Shown here: one piece after another, positions 12,653 through 25,060 of the stretch
Position numbering within the stretch: the first letter of the stretch is position 1
Layout: the number at the start of each line of letters is the position of its first letter
Assembly: GCA_951406725.2 (NCBI GenBank)
Contig: OX597826.1
Span: 28,458,001-28,522,000, forward strand
Direction: 5' to 3'
From: Octopus vulgaris
Lineage: Eukaryota
Length of the DNA stretch: 64,000 nucleotides
Program-made: the position numbers and the translations under genes
The notes under the pieces: model-generated
The model's input: only the letters and a program-made list of their open reading frames with translations
What the model was told of the DNA's origin: nothing
Databases searched by the model: none

Positions 12653-13735
12653 TAATAGATATACACGCAATCACACACACATAAGAGTGAGTGAACAAAT
12701 GAACAGTAGTAGTACTCAATACATGGTGCTGTATTGACTGGGTAGCAGTCTGAATGATCTCTTCATGGTATTTATAGTTTCACACACATACACACACACA
12801 CACACAAGTCTTCTTTTAATTTTCATCTACCAACCATTCACAACACTTTCCTTGGTTAAGCCAAAGTGCCATGCAGTGGAACTGAACCTAAAACATACGA
12901 TTTGAAAGCAACCTTCTTAGCCACACAGCTATGTTACTTGTTATCATTTCAACAACCACCTTTTCCATCACTTGCATGGGTCAGACAAGAATTCAATGAG
13001 GCAAATTTTCTAGGCCGGATACTCTTCCCGTCACCGACACTTCACCTGCTTCCAGTCACAACACAACTCCCCCCCCCCCCATGGCTGAACATTTTCCCAC
13101 AGAAGACTGGAAACAAGGGATCTTGTTTGTATGACAGAGACATTCATTTTCAGCAATTGTGTTATGTTGAGACATGGACACACACATGTATATGCAATTA
13201 ATAATCTTGTACATGGATTAATTTGTTGACAACCCAACCCAACACCCCACCACAACTCATAAACTTGCTTATTTTCACAGCTGTGATTGCCACCAGGCGT
13301 ACCACTCTCAGAAACTGACCATTTGGTCCTTGGTAAAGCCACTCAACTTCATACCTAGACATTGCTTCAAGTATGGACATGCCCTACATGCAGACTGACA
13401 CAGACTGGCTCTTATGCCATAACAGGGTTGTATTCCTTCTTTTACAACTAAGACAGACCGAGCCCACTAACACTGACTGTTCTACTAATCTCAGCTGATA
13501 CCAATCCTCCTAATCTACCAACACCCAATAGCCAAAGATTCTTAATTTTTATCAGTGTGTGCCATCACCTTGTGGATTGTTGCAGTATTCACAAGTATTT
13601 GCTGTAGTTCACATGTAATGTAAACATCCAGGTGTAAACATGTAGTGCAAACATTCAAACATCATCACAATCTTTCCAAATCCTGCTGCATTCCACATGG
13701 AATTTTTGGTCCTTCAAAGTTGTCTTGGTGTATAA

Positions 13736-13960
13736 CAGTGCTCCGCAACCATTTTTTATCTGCAGTATAATTATATTCTTTTCATGGCATAGGAGTGGCT
13801 GTGTGGTAAGTAGCTTGCTTACCAACAAAATGGTTCCGGGTTCAGTCCAACTGTGTGGCACCTTGAGCAAGTATCTTCTACTATAGCCTCGGGCCGACCA
13901 AAGCCTTGTGAGTGGATTTGGTAGTCGGAAACTGAAAGAAGCCCATCGTATACATGTGTG

Positions 13961-14018
<58 letters not shown>

Positions 14019-14362
14019 TGTGTCTGTTTGTCCTCACAACATCGCTTGACAACTGATGCTGGTGTGCTTGCAGTTCAGCAAAAGAGACCGATAGAATAAG
14101 TACTAGGCTTACAAAAAATAAGTCCTGGGGTCGATTTGCTCGACTAAAAGCAATGCTCCAGCATGGCCACAGTCAGGTGACTGAAAGAAGTAAAAGAGTA
14201 AAAAGAGATTAAAAGAGTAAAATTTGGCAGCACACCTGAACTAAAAATTTAGAGAAGAGTGTAGGGACGAAAAAAATTTTATATTCACGTTACACTGCAG
14301 CACACCTAGCATCATCCTGTTGGCACACCAATGTACCATGGCATACTGGTTGCGAAGCACTG
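13736..14362. mobile_element. hAT-type MITE with 8-bp TSD, containing a full SINE A (13786-14220)
   Basis: TIRs cagtgctccgcaacca / tggttgcgaagcactg; TSD gtgtataa at 13728-13735 and 14363-14370. Confidence 0.85.
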
Positions 14363-15661
14363 GTGTATAAGATGACCAAGCTGTTTTGGCTGTAAAATTT
14401 GGTCTGAAAAATTTGACTTGTATGTCAGAAAATATGGTAAAATGTCCAAGCAACTCCTTATTGGAATTCATTACACTTTACTGTTTTTAACACCAATATG
14501 ACATTAACAACAACTAAGCCAGCATTAAGTAGTTCTGTGGTGAATGTAAACCCCTATAAGACCAAAGTGCTTTCAGCAACTCATTAAGCCCCACCTCCAG
14601 TTCTACATGGAAATTCTTCAATAATCATTCTTTATGCAATCATCCAACCAATGACATGTCCACCATCATACACTGACTCGTTTCCTACTTTCACCTTCGT
14701 CCTCTAGCCACCACCCTTGTCCACATGCCCTGTACCTCCCTTAACTACTAATTCATTTTCAAGATTAATAAGAATTTACCTTAACACCTAGCGTTGGATA
14801 AGCCATTCAGCAAAATAAGCACATGCTTATGACATCGAAGAAAGGGGAGGAGAACCACAGAAATGGTAAATGGTTTATGGCACTAAAGAAATCACTTTAA
14901 ATTTGCTATAATAATATTCAAAGTGATTTCTATGATTGGGAATATAACTTTGAAGTGTTCATGGTGCCATAGTAAGGATCTGATCAAAGACTTTGTGATT
15001 ACAAAAAAGAAAAAAAAAATAGAGAGACAATTAATCAAATATAAATAAAGTGGAACCATGCAAAAATAAACATTATGAGAACTAAAAATGTATTTTATGG
15101 TTTATTATTGTTTATATTTTGAATTACTTATATTGGGGCACCAAAACCTTTTAAGTGCTTCGGGCCTCTAATGGGTCTTAAATCTGGCCCTGCTAACATC
15201 CCTTGATCATTCTGTTGTTTCCTACTAACTTCACATCCAAATAAATATTTGACCAATTCTTCTTATCCTTAGTAGTAGCCTGACTACCATACATCCATGG
15301 ATACTAACCATGCTCTTTGCCCCTTTTAATGCCTTCTCCTGGTTCCTCAAACACTAACATTACACACCCTACAGAGCTTATTTGCTTCATTTCTTCCTCT
15401 GAAAGTCATTTGTAAGTCACAGAAGTATAAGAGTTTTTGTATGTCTATGACATGGAGTCAAAATTAGTGACCACCCCCACTTATTTCTGTACTTACAAAG
15501 AACACATTGCAAATTGCTGCTTGACCCTTTTCACACTAACCAACCCATCTGAAACCACCACTGGTTCTGTGACACCAAGTTCTTGTTTTAAAGGGATCTA
15601 CATTAAATATTTTCCATCAGAATTTCATGATAGTTTATCTTTCAAACAGCAGCTTAATATT

Positions 15662-15884
15662 CCTTTCTACTACAGGCACATGATCTAAAATTTTGGGAGA
15701 GGGGAGGACGGAGTCTAGTAGATTAAATTAACCCCAGTGCATGACTGGTATTTATTTCATCAACCCCAAAAAGATGAAAGGCAAAGTCAACCTCGGCAGA
15801 ATTTGAACACAGAATGTAAAGACGTATGAAATGCCACAAAGCATTCTGCTTCGTATGCTAACAATTCTGCCAGCTCACCTCCTT
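15662..15884 (-). mobile_element. Meta-domain SINE
   Basis: Reverse complement of the family B consensus; its head abuts (AAT)n. Confidence 0.8.
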
Positions 15885-15887
15885 AAA

Positions 15888-15916
<29 letters not shown>

Positions 15917-15919
<3 letters not shown>

Positions 15920-16288
15920 GAGCACTGAGTGAGTGCAAACCTCCGCTAAGGCAACACAAACGTCCTCTCAATGATTAGCCGGAGATGATTTTTAAAATGA
16001 GAATATCCGAAATAAACTTGACTGCTCTCACAAACGACAATACAGAAAACGAACCTAACCACTCTCAGAAATTAAGCAAAATAAAAAAAAAGCAGGAAAA
16101 ATAATCTGGAATCCTAGTTCGGTAACGGATTGATCCCAAAATCTAATCAGTTTGTGCCAGAAACGAGGCCTAACATCCCTGAGAGTTTCATCCGAATCCA
16201 TCCAGCAGGTCTTGAAACATCTTGTCCATGGACAAACAAACAAGCATGACTGAAAACAATACCTATGCCTTTGCTAATATGGAGTAAA
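15917..16288. mobile_element. Probable Helentron-associated (HINE/DINE-like) non-autonomous element
   Basis: aagagcactgag...acctccgctaagg subterminal motif, internal aaaatctaatcagttt...tttcatccgaatccatcc, decayed terminal acct..gcc...ggagt hairpin; sits in (AAT)n. Confidence 0.5.
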
Positions 16289-16807
16289 TAATAATAATAA
16301 TAATAACAATAATTCTTCCTACTATAGGCACAAGGCTTGAATTTGGAGGTTAGAAAAGGAGTCTAGTTGATTACATCATCAACCCCAGTGCATAACTGAT
16401 ATTTATTTTATGAAAAGGACGAAAAGCAAAATTGACCTGAGTGAAATTTGAACTCTGAACATAAAAACAGATGAAATGCCAGGAACATTTTGTCTGCTGC
16501 GCTTGAAATAATGACAGTTATTTTCACTAAATTATTATTCGATATTTTCAAAACCAACCAAAACAAATCAAATCCGTTTCAATGGAAATATGACAACAAA
16601 AGTGTTAAATTAAACACAAACTAAAGCTTAGTGGCTAGACTAATTTGCATATCATTCATTTAAGATCACTGATTAAATAATTAATAGATATTTATGCATA
16701 GCACTCTCTGTATGTATTGTATTAATTAGAAAACCTAATTACGATTGTTCAAGTTCATTGCTACAGTAGAACTTTGAATAAATATATCTGCACCATTTTC
16801 TTGGTAA

Positions 16808-17180
16808 CTCTTTACTCTTTTACGTGTTTCAGTCATTTGACTGCGGCCATGCTGGAGTATTGCCCTTTAGTCGAACGAATCGACCCCAGGACTTATTCTT
16901 TGTAAGCCCAATTTTTTTTGTCAAATTGCTAAGCTATGGGGACATAAACACACCAACATCAGTTGTCAAGTGATGGTGGAGGGACAAACACAGACACACA
17001 AACATATATATATATATATATATACGACAGGCTTCTTTCAGTTTCTGTCTACCAAATCCACTCACAAGGCTTTGGTTGACCTGAGGCTATAGAAGACACT
17101 TGCCCAAGGTGCCATGCAGTAGAACTGAACCCGGGAACCGTGTAGTTGGAAAGCAAACTTCTTACTACACAGCCACTCCT
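16808..17180 (-). mobile_element. SINE family A, partly CpG-decayed
   Basis: Full-length reverse complement; ggggacataa, atcagttgtcaagtgatg where the consensus has CpG. Confidence 0.9.
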
Positions 17181-18334
17181 TTCTGTATACAGAAAAAATA
17201 TGGAAACTAGTTTAGCTAATTACACATAAAGCTGAGTTCTGGATTGTGGTTGATTTAAATAGTGGATGCTATCTATAAGTTCTCTTTCTGGATAGAAGAA
17301 TGGAGAGGGAGTAAGCTGTCCGTTGATGAAGGAAGGGGGAAGATGCTGAATCATGATGTCAGGGCAATCTCCTTTACTTTTTATTTTTGAAAATGCAATA
17401 TAGACAAAAAGACATATAAAGTGGACATAGGTGAAAAGAAAACGTGGCACAAAGGAAAAAGGCCACAAGCATAAAAGAGTAAAGCGGATACATAAGGGTG
17501 ACAAGAAGAGAATATGAGGGACACACAGAGAAGAGTAAGGAGTCACACATCATATAACAGAGAAAGTGGGGAGAGACAGACAGATAGAATGGGAGAGTGG
17601 TATCCATTAAGTCCAAGTACCCCCCCACCGCTTTCACTTTTAACACAAGCAATATCCTGTAAGTACTCAAAAACATCATCAACAACCACCCTTTAACCAC
17701 CACCACCACAGCACTTCTAGCAAGGCTTCTCTTACCATCATCATCAACATACCCTCCAACTGACCACCACCACAACCCCTCTACCACTAACTTTCCTTAG
17801 CTACTATACCATAACGAACATCACCAACTGCACTCATGTACTACTACTACTACTACTTACACTAATTGGGTACCTTGGGCCTCCCCTCATTACTATGCTT
17901 GTTTTTATTAAGCCCCCAGAACACTATCACTTCTTACTCCAACCACCACCATTAACCCCACCCCCACCCATCGTGGACATGATTTTTACCCTGGACATTA
18001 ATGCCAACAACAACAACAGTAATACTTTTTATCTACTACCGGCTATTCACTGCCATCACCACCACCACCACCACTTCCAACATCATCATCATCGTCAGCA
18101 ATATCAATCTGATCACATAGCCCAAACCACCATCCACACCACCACCATCATTGATCTGGTATGGTGGCTATCATTTCATCATGCATCATTAATCTCCATC
18201 ACCATCGGCCACCATCGTCGATTATCATAGCCAATGCAACCTTGCACCCATCATCATCGATATTAACCACCGACAACGACCATGACCAGTCACCAGCAAC
18301 AGGAAGGGCTAAAAGAGAAATAAAGAAAAGAGAT

Positions 18335-18720
18335 AGGCGAAGGCGTGGTGGCTGTGTGGTAAGTAGCTTGTTTACCAACAACATGGTTCCGGGTTCAGAC
18401 CTACTGCGCGGCACCTTGGGCAAGTGTCTTCTACTATAGCCTCGAGCCGACCAAAGCCTTGTGAGTGGATTTGGTAGACGGAAACTGAAAGAAGCCCGTC
18501 GTGTGTATATATATATATGAGTGTGTGTGCATCTGTGGTTGTCCCGCCCACCGTCGCTTGACAACCGATGTTGGTGTGCTTATGTCCCCGTGACTTAGCG
18601 TTTCGGCAAAAGAGACCGATAGAATAAGTACTATGCTTACAAATATCAAGTCTCGGGGTCGATTTGTTCGACTAAAAGGCGGTGCTCCAGCATGGCCGCA
18701 GTCAAATGGCAGAAACAAAT
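18335..18720 (+). mobile_element. SINE family A, full length, CpGs intact
   Basis: tggctgtgtggtaag (A box), ggttcagacc (B-box-like), gcaccttgggcaagtgtctt (CORE-like), internal (TA)(TG), tail ggtgctccagcatggccgcagtc. May correspond to the described octopus OR-type CORE-SINEs (not verified). Confidence 0.9.
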
Positions 18721-19608
18721 AAAAAAAAAAGAAAGAAAGAAAGAAATACAAGGGCACACACACCATTCTTGTTATACAGTCACCACCACCACCGCCGCCG
18801 CCGCCGCTACCGTCACAACAACTCATCAGTCAATATCGCCCATCATCATCATCATCATCATCATTACCAATAACTTATTCACCACCACCACCACCACCGC
18901 TATAATCACCATTACCATTCTTTAGAGTACATCTTTTCTTCACACTTCCAACCAATTCCAGTCCACCCAATTTGTGTCGAAACTCAACAATCACTAAATT
19001 TACTATACCCACTTCTTTATATATATACATATATAAATAAACAGGACCCGTCGCCACCATCCCTACGATGGTACAAGCACCGCCAATGACCACCGCACGA
19101 AACAACAATACTACCACCAGCACCACCACCACCGCTATCAAAACATCAACAATAATGCTCACCAGCACCATCGACCACCACACTACCACCACCACTTCTA
19201 TAGTCCATCATTTAGACTGACCCCCCCACCTCTTTCCTCTTCATCTTTCGTTCTTCACAGCATCATCCGCATATCTCTCTCATCATTTATAATCAGACTC
19301 ACCCCCGTTACGACGCCACCATCGCCATCCAACTTTACATCTCTCCACTACTACTACTACTAGTAGTAGTAGTACTACTACGACCACCCCTCTCCTATAC
19401 GCATCTCCTCACTCCGCTACCATTTACTACTCTCTCTCACCAGCCTCTGTTTTCTCCTCAATTTACTTCTATTTCGCTCCACTCTCTCTTTCACGCGCGC
19501 ACTTACACATGCACACATACAGACACATGCATGTACACACACACACATGCACGCATAGACACACTCTCTATAGTCGCCGCCACAACCACCACCACCACCA
19601 CCACCACG

Positions 19609-19888
19609 GCTCATCTACGTCCATCACTTCCGCTAACTCCAACTCTACCACAACGCACACACAAACACACACACACACACAGAGAGCACCTCCCTTTCTT
19701 TCTCTTTCAAATATAACCGCCGCCGCCGCCGCCGCCACAGCTCATCTACGTCCATCACTTTCGCTACTTCTAGCATCTTCTATCCCCCCATCCACACCCC
19801 ACCCCTATCTCCCTTTCTGCTTTCCCTCCCACCACCACCACCACCGCTACAGTTCATCTACGTTCATCATTTCCGCTAACTTCAACTC
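19609..19888. repeat. Three copies of a 36-bp motif (gctcatctacgtccatcacttccgctaactccaactc) with microsatellite-rich spacers
   Basis: Copies start at 19609, 19740 and 19852. Confidence 0.85.
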
Positions 19889-20352
19889 GTATCCATCCAT
19901 CCATCCATCCACACCACCATCACCACCACCACCATCATCAGCAGCATGACCATTAACTACTGCAACCCTTATTCCATATTCTACGTCCACCACCGCCGCC
20001 GCCGCCCACACCTCTTCCCATTCGCTCCTCGCATCACCTTGCCATCATCATCAATTTCTCCGTCCAGCTTCTTACCCCCTCTCTTTCTCCGTCCACTCTC
20101 TTCTCTTCCCCTCCACCACCAACACAACGATGTCCATCACTCCTCAATGCACCACCGCCGCCACACTCCACAGCTCATCTCTTGCCACATCTGATGATGG
20201 CAGCTGTGAATAGAGCATAGCAGCAACTGCAGCGGCAGCAGCAGCAGTAAAGAGAGGGAGTGGGGAATGGGCGGGAAGGACACGGCCAGGTTAGAAGTGG
20301 GAGGAAAAGGGGGAGTAAGACAACAGGGATTACTTTAAAGAAGAGGGGGGTG

Positions 20353-20541
20353 AATATATATATATATATATATATAAATTATAAATGATATATAAAATAT
20401 ACATACATACATACATGCATATATATATATATATATATACATACATACATATATATATATATACATACATGCATACATATATGTATGTATATACATACAT
20501 GCATATATATATACATGCATATATATATATATATACATACA

Positions 20542-20577
<36 letters not shown>

Positions 20578-20601
20578 CATGCATATATATATATACATAC
20601 A

Positions 20602-20648
<47 letters not shown>
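20353..20648. repeat. Compound (TA)n/(TACA)n microsatellite
   Basis: Seen directly. Confidence 0.95.
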
Positions 20649-20650
<2 letters not shown>

Positions 20651-20980
20651 GTACAGGACGACACCAACAGTAAACAACATGAAATACGAAAACAAATGAG
20701 TTAAAAACGTAACTAACGAGAGAGAAAAAAGGACAACACATACAAAGAACGACCCTTCATCAGTTGTCTATCTACTCCCCATTTTGAGCATTCAGCGACA
20801 ATATGAGTCTTTGAAGACAGTTGCTCCCATAAATACCAAAATTAACTTTGGGATTTTATGGAGGGTCAAAGTTAGGAATAAAAACAGGACAGTGGAGACG
20901 TATAGCGAAACCGAACGAAAAGAAACATGGAGGGTCGTTGGATCTGAACGAGGGGAAAATAGCGAACGCATCCACTCCCA
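20649..20980. mobile_element. Unclassified interspersed repeat adjoining (TA)n (possibly Penelope-like); second copy at 56763-56880
   Basis: tatgggtaca...aacatgaaatacg...gacccttcatc(a/c)gttgtc...tatctactcc shared by both copies; the minus strand has CTGATGAAGGG. Confidence 0.55.
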
Positions 20981-20984
20981 AGTG

Positions 20985-21445
20985 TTGGCAGTGAGGTAAG
21001 TAGCTTGCTTACGAACCACATGGTTCCGGGTTCAGTCCCACTGCGTGAAACCTTGTGCAAGTGTCTTCTACTATAGCCTCGGACCGACCAAAACTTCGTG
21101 AGTGGATTTGGAAGGCGGAAACTGAAAGAAGCCCCGTCGTATATATGTATATATATATATATCTGCTACTAGCTGGCATATACAGGTGCTTACACTTATC
21201 AAGTATTCAGCCTGAATTTATTATATATGTGTGTGTGTGTGTGTGCGCGTATATGTTTGTATGTCTGTGTTTGTCCCCCCACCCCCAACATCGCTTGACA
21301 ACCGGTGCTGTTGTGTTTACGTCCCCGTAACTTAGCGGTTCGGCAAAATAAAACGATAGAATAAGATTAAGTCCTAGGGTTGATTTGCTCGACTAAAGGC
21401 GGTGCTCCAGTGTGGCCGCAGTGCAGTGATTGGAATAAGTAAAAT
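20985..21445 (+). mobile_element. SINE family A
   Basis: Matches consensus, with an insertion in the internal microsatellite. Confidence 0.85.
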
Positions 21446-22923
21446 GTAAGAGAGAGAACGAAAGGCAAATATATATATATATATATATATTTTATATTCG
21501 TGTATTCCCGGTTTCTTTTCTCGTGATTTCAATTCATTGGACTGCGACCATGATGGGGCAGTGTCCTTCAGACCGAAGCAACCCATTTAGGTCCCCACTT
21601 TCATTCAGTTTTGAGGTTTTTCTCTGAAGCTAGCGTTCTAAGTTACCCGTTTTGGCTCGTATCGAACGATGGCTACACATAAACCATGACGATGGCAGTG
21701 TTTCGTAGTCTGAGAAAGACAGTTCTGCTATTTCTTGCTGACCAAACCTGCACGAACGATTCGTTTTCGGGTTTATAGCGATCAAGTGTATGTGCCGCAC
21801 ATTAGCTCACAATTCCCATTAGATCGAGGTGCCTAAAGAAGTACACGGCGTGCCACGCGTCAGGTGTGGAGGTGATGGAAGAGTAACGTGAGGTGAAATG
21901 TTTTGCTCAAGAACACAGCGCTCTGCCTAGTTCAAGAATTGAAACCACGATGTCGCGACAGTGACTGCAACACTTTAACTTCTAAGCCATGCGCCCGTCA
22001 CACACATAAATACACAAAACATATATACCCATGTAGGTGATGAGTGTAGACATATACCACGTCTTCTACTTATAGCCCCGGACCGACAGATGTATTCTAA
22101 AACTGGTTCCCAAGCTTTTTTGGGATGCCGCTCCCTTGATACCCAGACCACATTCCTAGCGTGCCCACCTCAACTTACCATCACAAACATAGACCTCTTT
22201 CTGAAACAAATTCAAAGCAACTGTATTTCATAAATAAAACTTAACTTAATGAACCTATTATTTTGTTGTTTTTACGTGAAATGTTACCCTATTATCGTCC
22301 CACTTTTCTTTCAACGCTCTCTTGGTAAACGAAAAGTGTATGAAAGTCCGCCATGTTTGTGCGTGTATGGGTGGGGAAGCTTTTTAGTGCAGCGGGGGAA
22401 ACTCCACCCCGCCCATAAAAATGGTCCACGGGCGGACCACAAGGTCTAACTCTTATATCTGTGTAAATCTTGTAATATATCTATGTACAATTCGATATTC
22501 AATAAAGGTAAGTTTAAGACATTAAATTAACGCGTAACATCTTCATTAACATCGCCACTGAATTTAAGATGTTTATATTGCCTATGAGGTATTCTATATT
22601 TTTCAGCGAGAATGTAGTTGGGGGTCTCAAAGGGGTGGTATAAATCGAGTAATATGTGTTTTATGGTGAAAACAAAATTTTCTTTCAAATGGCAATTACC
22701 GGACGATTTTCTGTTCGAATCGTAATGGAAACGCGACCTATGTTGCAAAGAGACATACGAGTATTGTATAAATTTTATGATTGAAAAATTGACTATATTT
22801 TTTACATACGAGTATGCCCGCCTGCAGGCGTAATAAAATGGGCTTTCGGGCGCAATCACACCGTGGGGTTTCCCAACACCTGGAATAAACCATTCAAACA
22901 AAAACAGAGTATACGCACACAGT

Positions 22924-23080
22924 GGAGGCGCAATGGTTAGGGCAGCAGACTCGCGGTCATGAGTCCCAGACCGGGCGTTGTGAGTGTTTATTGAGCGAAA
23001 ACACCTAAAGCTCCACGAGACTCCGGCAGAGGGTGGTGGCGAGCCCTGCCGCATACTTTCACAACAACTTTCTCTCACTG
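22924..23080 (+). mobile_element. tRNA-derived SINE, separate family
   Basis: ggaggcgcaatggttagggcagcagactcgcggtc head followed by gttgtgagtgtttattgagcgaaaacacct (CORE-like). Confidence 0.5.
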
Positions 23081-23358
23081 AGGGTATTATGTGGCCATGA
23101 AGGAGGGCGGTGGCCCCAAAATTGAGGACCTCTGGAGTGGACCGTAAAACTATAAAATTTGATATAATATTCCAGTTTGAGTGGACAAAATCCGTTTATT
23201 GAATTCTATATCAGAGAACGTCTACATTGTGTAAATTATATATTCTAAGATATTTTACACGTCTTATAGCTACGTACAATGAGATCGAAATGAGGATATC
23301 GTGATTGCAAAGCGAGCTTTGTAAACACTCGATTATATACAACATACATCCATTGTCA

Positions 23359-23608
23359 TATGTGTGGCAGCAGGATTTAGCTCCTTGCCATATTTCCCGG
23401 AAAGAGTCAGAAGTGGTCATCGGAGTAGTTGTACTTCACCAGCCCCAATTTCTGGCCTCCTATAAACCGCAACACAAAGGCCGAACTGGTGACCAAGATC
23501 AAGGAGGTGATCGAAGAGCTTTCCGCAGACAGAGTGAAGAACTCATGCGCCAGGTTCCGGAGTCATCTTGAAGCCACTGTAGAAGCCGATGGTGGCTACT
23601 TTGCGTAA
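23359..23608 (+). pseudogene. Decayed Tc1/mariner-superfamily (DD37D/maT-like) transposase, C-terminal part
   Basis: YVWQQDLAPCHISRK, frameshift, SQKW...SPNFWPP, deletion of the SPDLNP segment, NTKAELVTKIKEVIEEL...SCARFRSHLEATVEADGGYFA*. Confidence 0.85.
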
Positions 23609-23738
23609 ACTGTTACTTCCTAGCCATAATCTAAATAATTTTGTTTTGATTTTTCAAAGTATTTCTATTTTTGGACGTTTTCTTTTCTTTTTATGCAAAA
23701 CTCTCAAATTTAACCAGAACGCTACACACACACATATA

Positions 23739-24148
23739 TCTATAATATAAATTGGACATGGGCAATCGTTGTATTCTTTCTTGTCTTGAGGTTCACAGCC
23801 AAATGGTTGGGTGGATTCGCATGGAAAATGGCACACATGTGGAGACGGGTGCATAGATTGGAATGCGGTTTGTATTTTTTTCCTAACCTCCATACTTACC
23901 GAGAAAATCGATTAAAACTTTTACTAATGGAATTTCCCTCTTTCTTCTGCCATTAAAATCACTAGTTGCTTAGAAGCTGTTTTCTGATGGGGTGGGGTCA
24001 GGAAATTTTCATGCAGCTGGAGGCTCCAATCGAAACAGGGGACCCGAAATGATAAGGTTGACAAACACTGTTATAGATTATGCCTAACCAAAAACGATCA
24101 TAACCATATTATCTAAACAGACCAGGTGAAACCTGGCTTAACTGCTAG
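23739..24148 (+). mobile_element. Non-autonomous Helitron, copy 1 of tandem pair
   Basis: 5' TC(tataatataaattgg), 3' hairpin ccaggt-gaa-acctgg (24122-24136), CTAG end. Confidence 0.85.
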
Positions 24149-24151
24149 TTT

Positions 24152-24541
24152 TCTATAATATAAATTGGACATGGGCGACCGTTGTATTCTTTCTTGTCTT
24201 TAGGTTCACAGCCAAACTGCTGGGTGGATTCACGTGAAAAATGGCACACATGTGGAGACGGGTGCATAGATTGGAATGTAGTTTGTATTTTTTTCCTAGC
24301 CCCCATAGAAAATCGATTAAAACCTTTTTCTAATGGAATTCCCCCAGACTACGTACAAAGTCGTTCTTCACAACTCCTGAAGTTGTTTTCTGACAGGTGG
24401 GGGAGGGGGAGTCAGGAAATATTCATACAGCTGGGGGCTCCAATCGAAACAGGGGACCCGAAATTATAAGATTCAGAAACACATGCCTAACCGAAAACGT
24501 TTCACAGCCACATCATCCAAACAAACCGGGCTTAGCTGCTA

Positions 24542-24542
<1 letters not shown>
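24152..24542 (+). mobile_element. Non-autonomous Helitron, copy 2 of tandem pair
   Basis: Same 5' TC end and body, ends ctgCTAG; hairpin partly deleted. Confidence 0.8.
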
Positions 24543-24580
<38 letters not shown>

Positions 24581-24583
<3 letters not shown>

Positions 24584-24800
24584 GGTTGGCTAGAGGTCAC
24601 CCGATAGTGAATCAAAATTCCATAAATACTAACGTAATTCTGTATTGACTCGAATGAGAGAATGTGTCACTCAAGAAGGACTTCAGCTTGAGCAATTTCC
24701 ATGATGTTTCATATTTAGATGCTTTTATTAAATTCATTGAGTTGTTAAACACAAAAATAAATCTTGAAATTAAATGGTTTTGATTTACTGTCAGATGACC
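24581..24800. mobile_element. Tc1/mariner-type MITE, right end truncated
   Basis: TA-cagggt start; inverted ggtcacccgatagtgaatcaaaa / ttttgatttactgtcagatgacc. Confidence 0.6.
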
Positions 24801-25060
24801 GTGTGTGTGTGTGTGTGTGTATAACAATGTTTGTATGTTCACTTTCTATCATGTTTGGTCCCTTGTTCGTCTGCTCGGTATTTCCCGGTGGCTTTCCGTC
24901 GCTGGCGCCAAAGGGGAGTAATATTATCATTAAGAGTGTGAAATTGCTGCAATCCTTTGGACGCTAACTGACGAGAATTGTTTGTGCTTGTCTGGCAGTC
25001 GCCATGATAGATCGTTAGCCACTACACACATTTTTTTCTCTCCTTGTTTTTTCTGTATCC

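Noticed and set aside
14560-15450. Possible minus-strand RTE reverse-transcriptase remnants (similar weak LINE scraps at 28.85 and 48.65 kb)
   Set aside because: Too decayed to delimit or classify by eye; needs tBLASTn or HMM search.
18199-18826. Recurrent ORFs [18 protein letters not shown] / MKGKVDLGGI (also at 7.4, 32.4, 45.1, 49.3 and 55.1 kb)
   Set aside because: Chance open frames in multicopy SINEs; not genes, even if similar hypothetical proteins exist in databases.
19349-19374. (ACT)n/(AGT)n inverted microsatellite palindrome (similar flips at 11.36 and 58.16 kb)
   Set aside because: Common by-product of microsatellite turnover, with no unique sequence involved.
19609-19888. CRISPR-like repeat-spacer appearance
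   Set aside because: Eukaryotic context, only three degenerate repeats, long low-complexity spacers with shared sequence, no cas genes.
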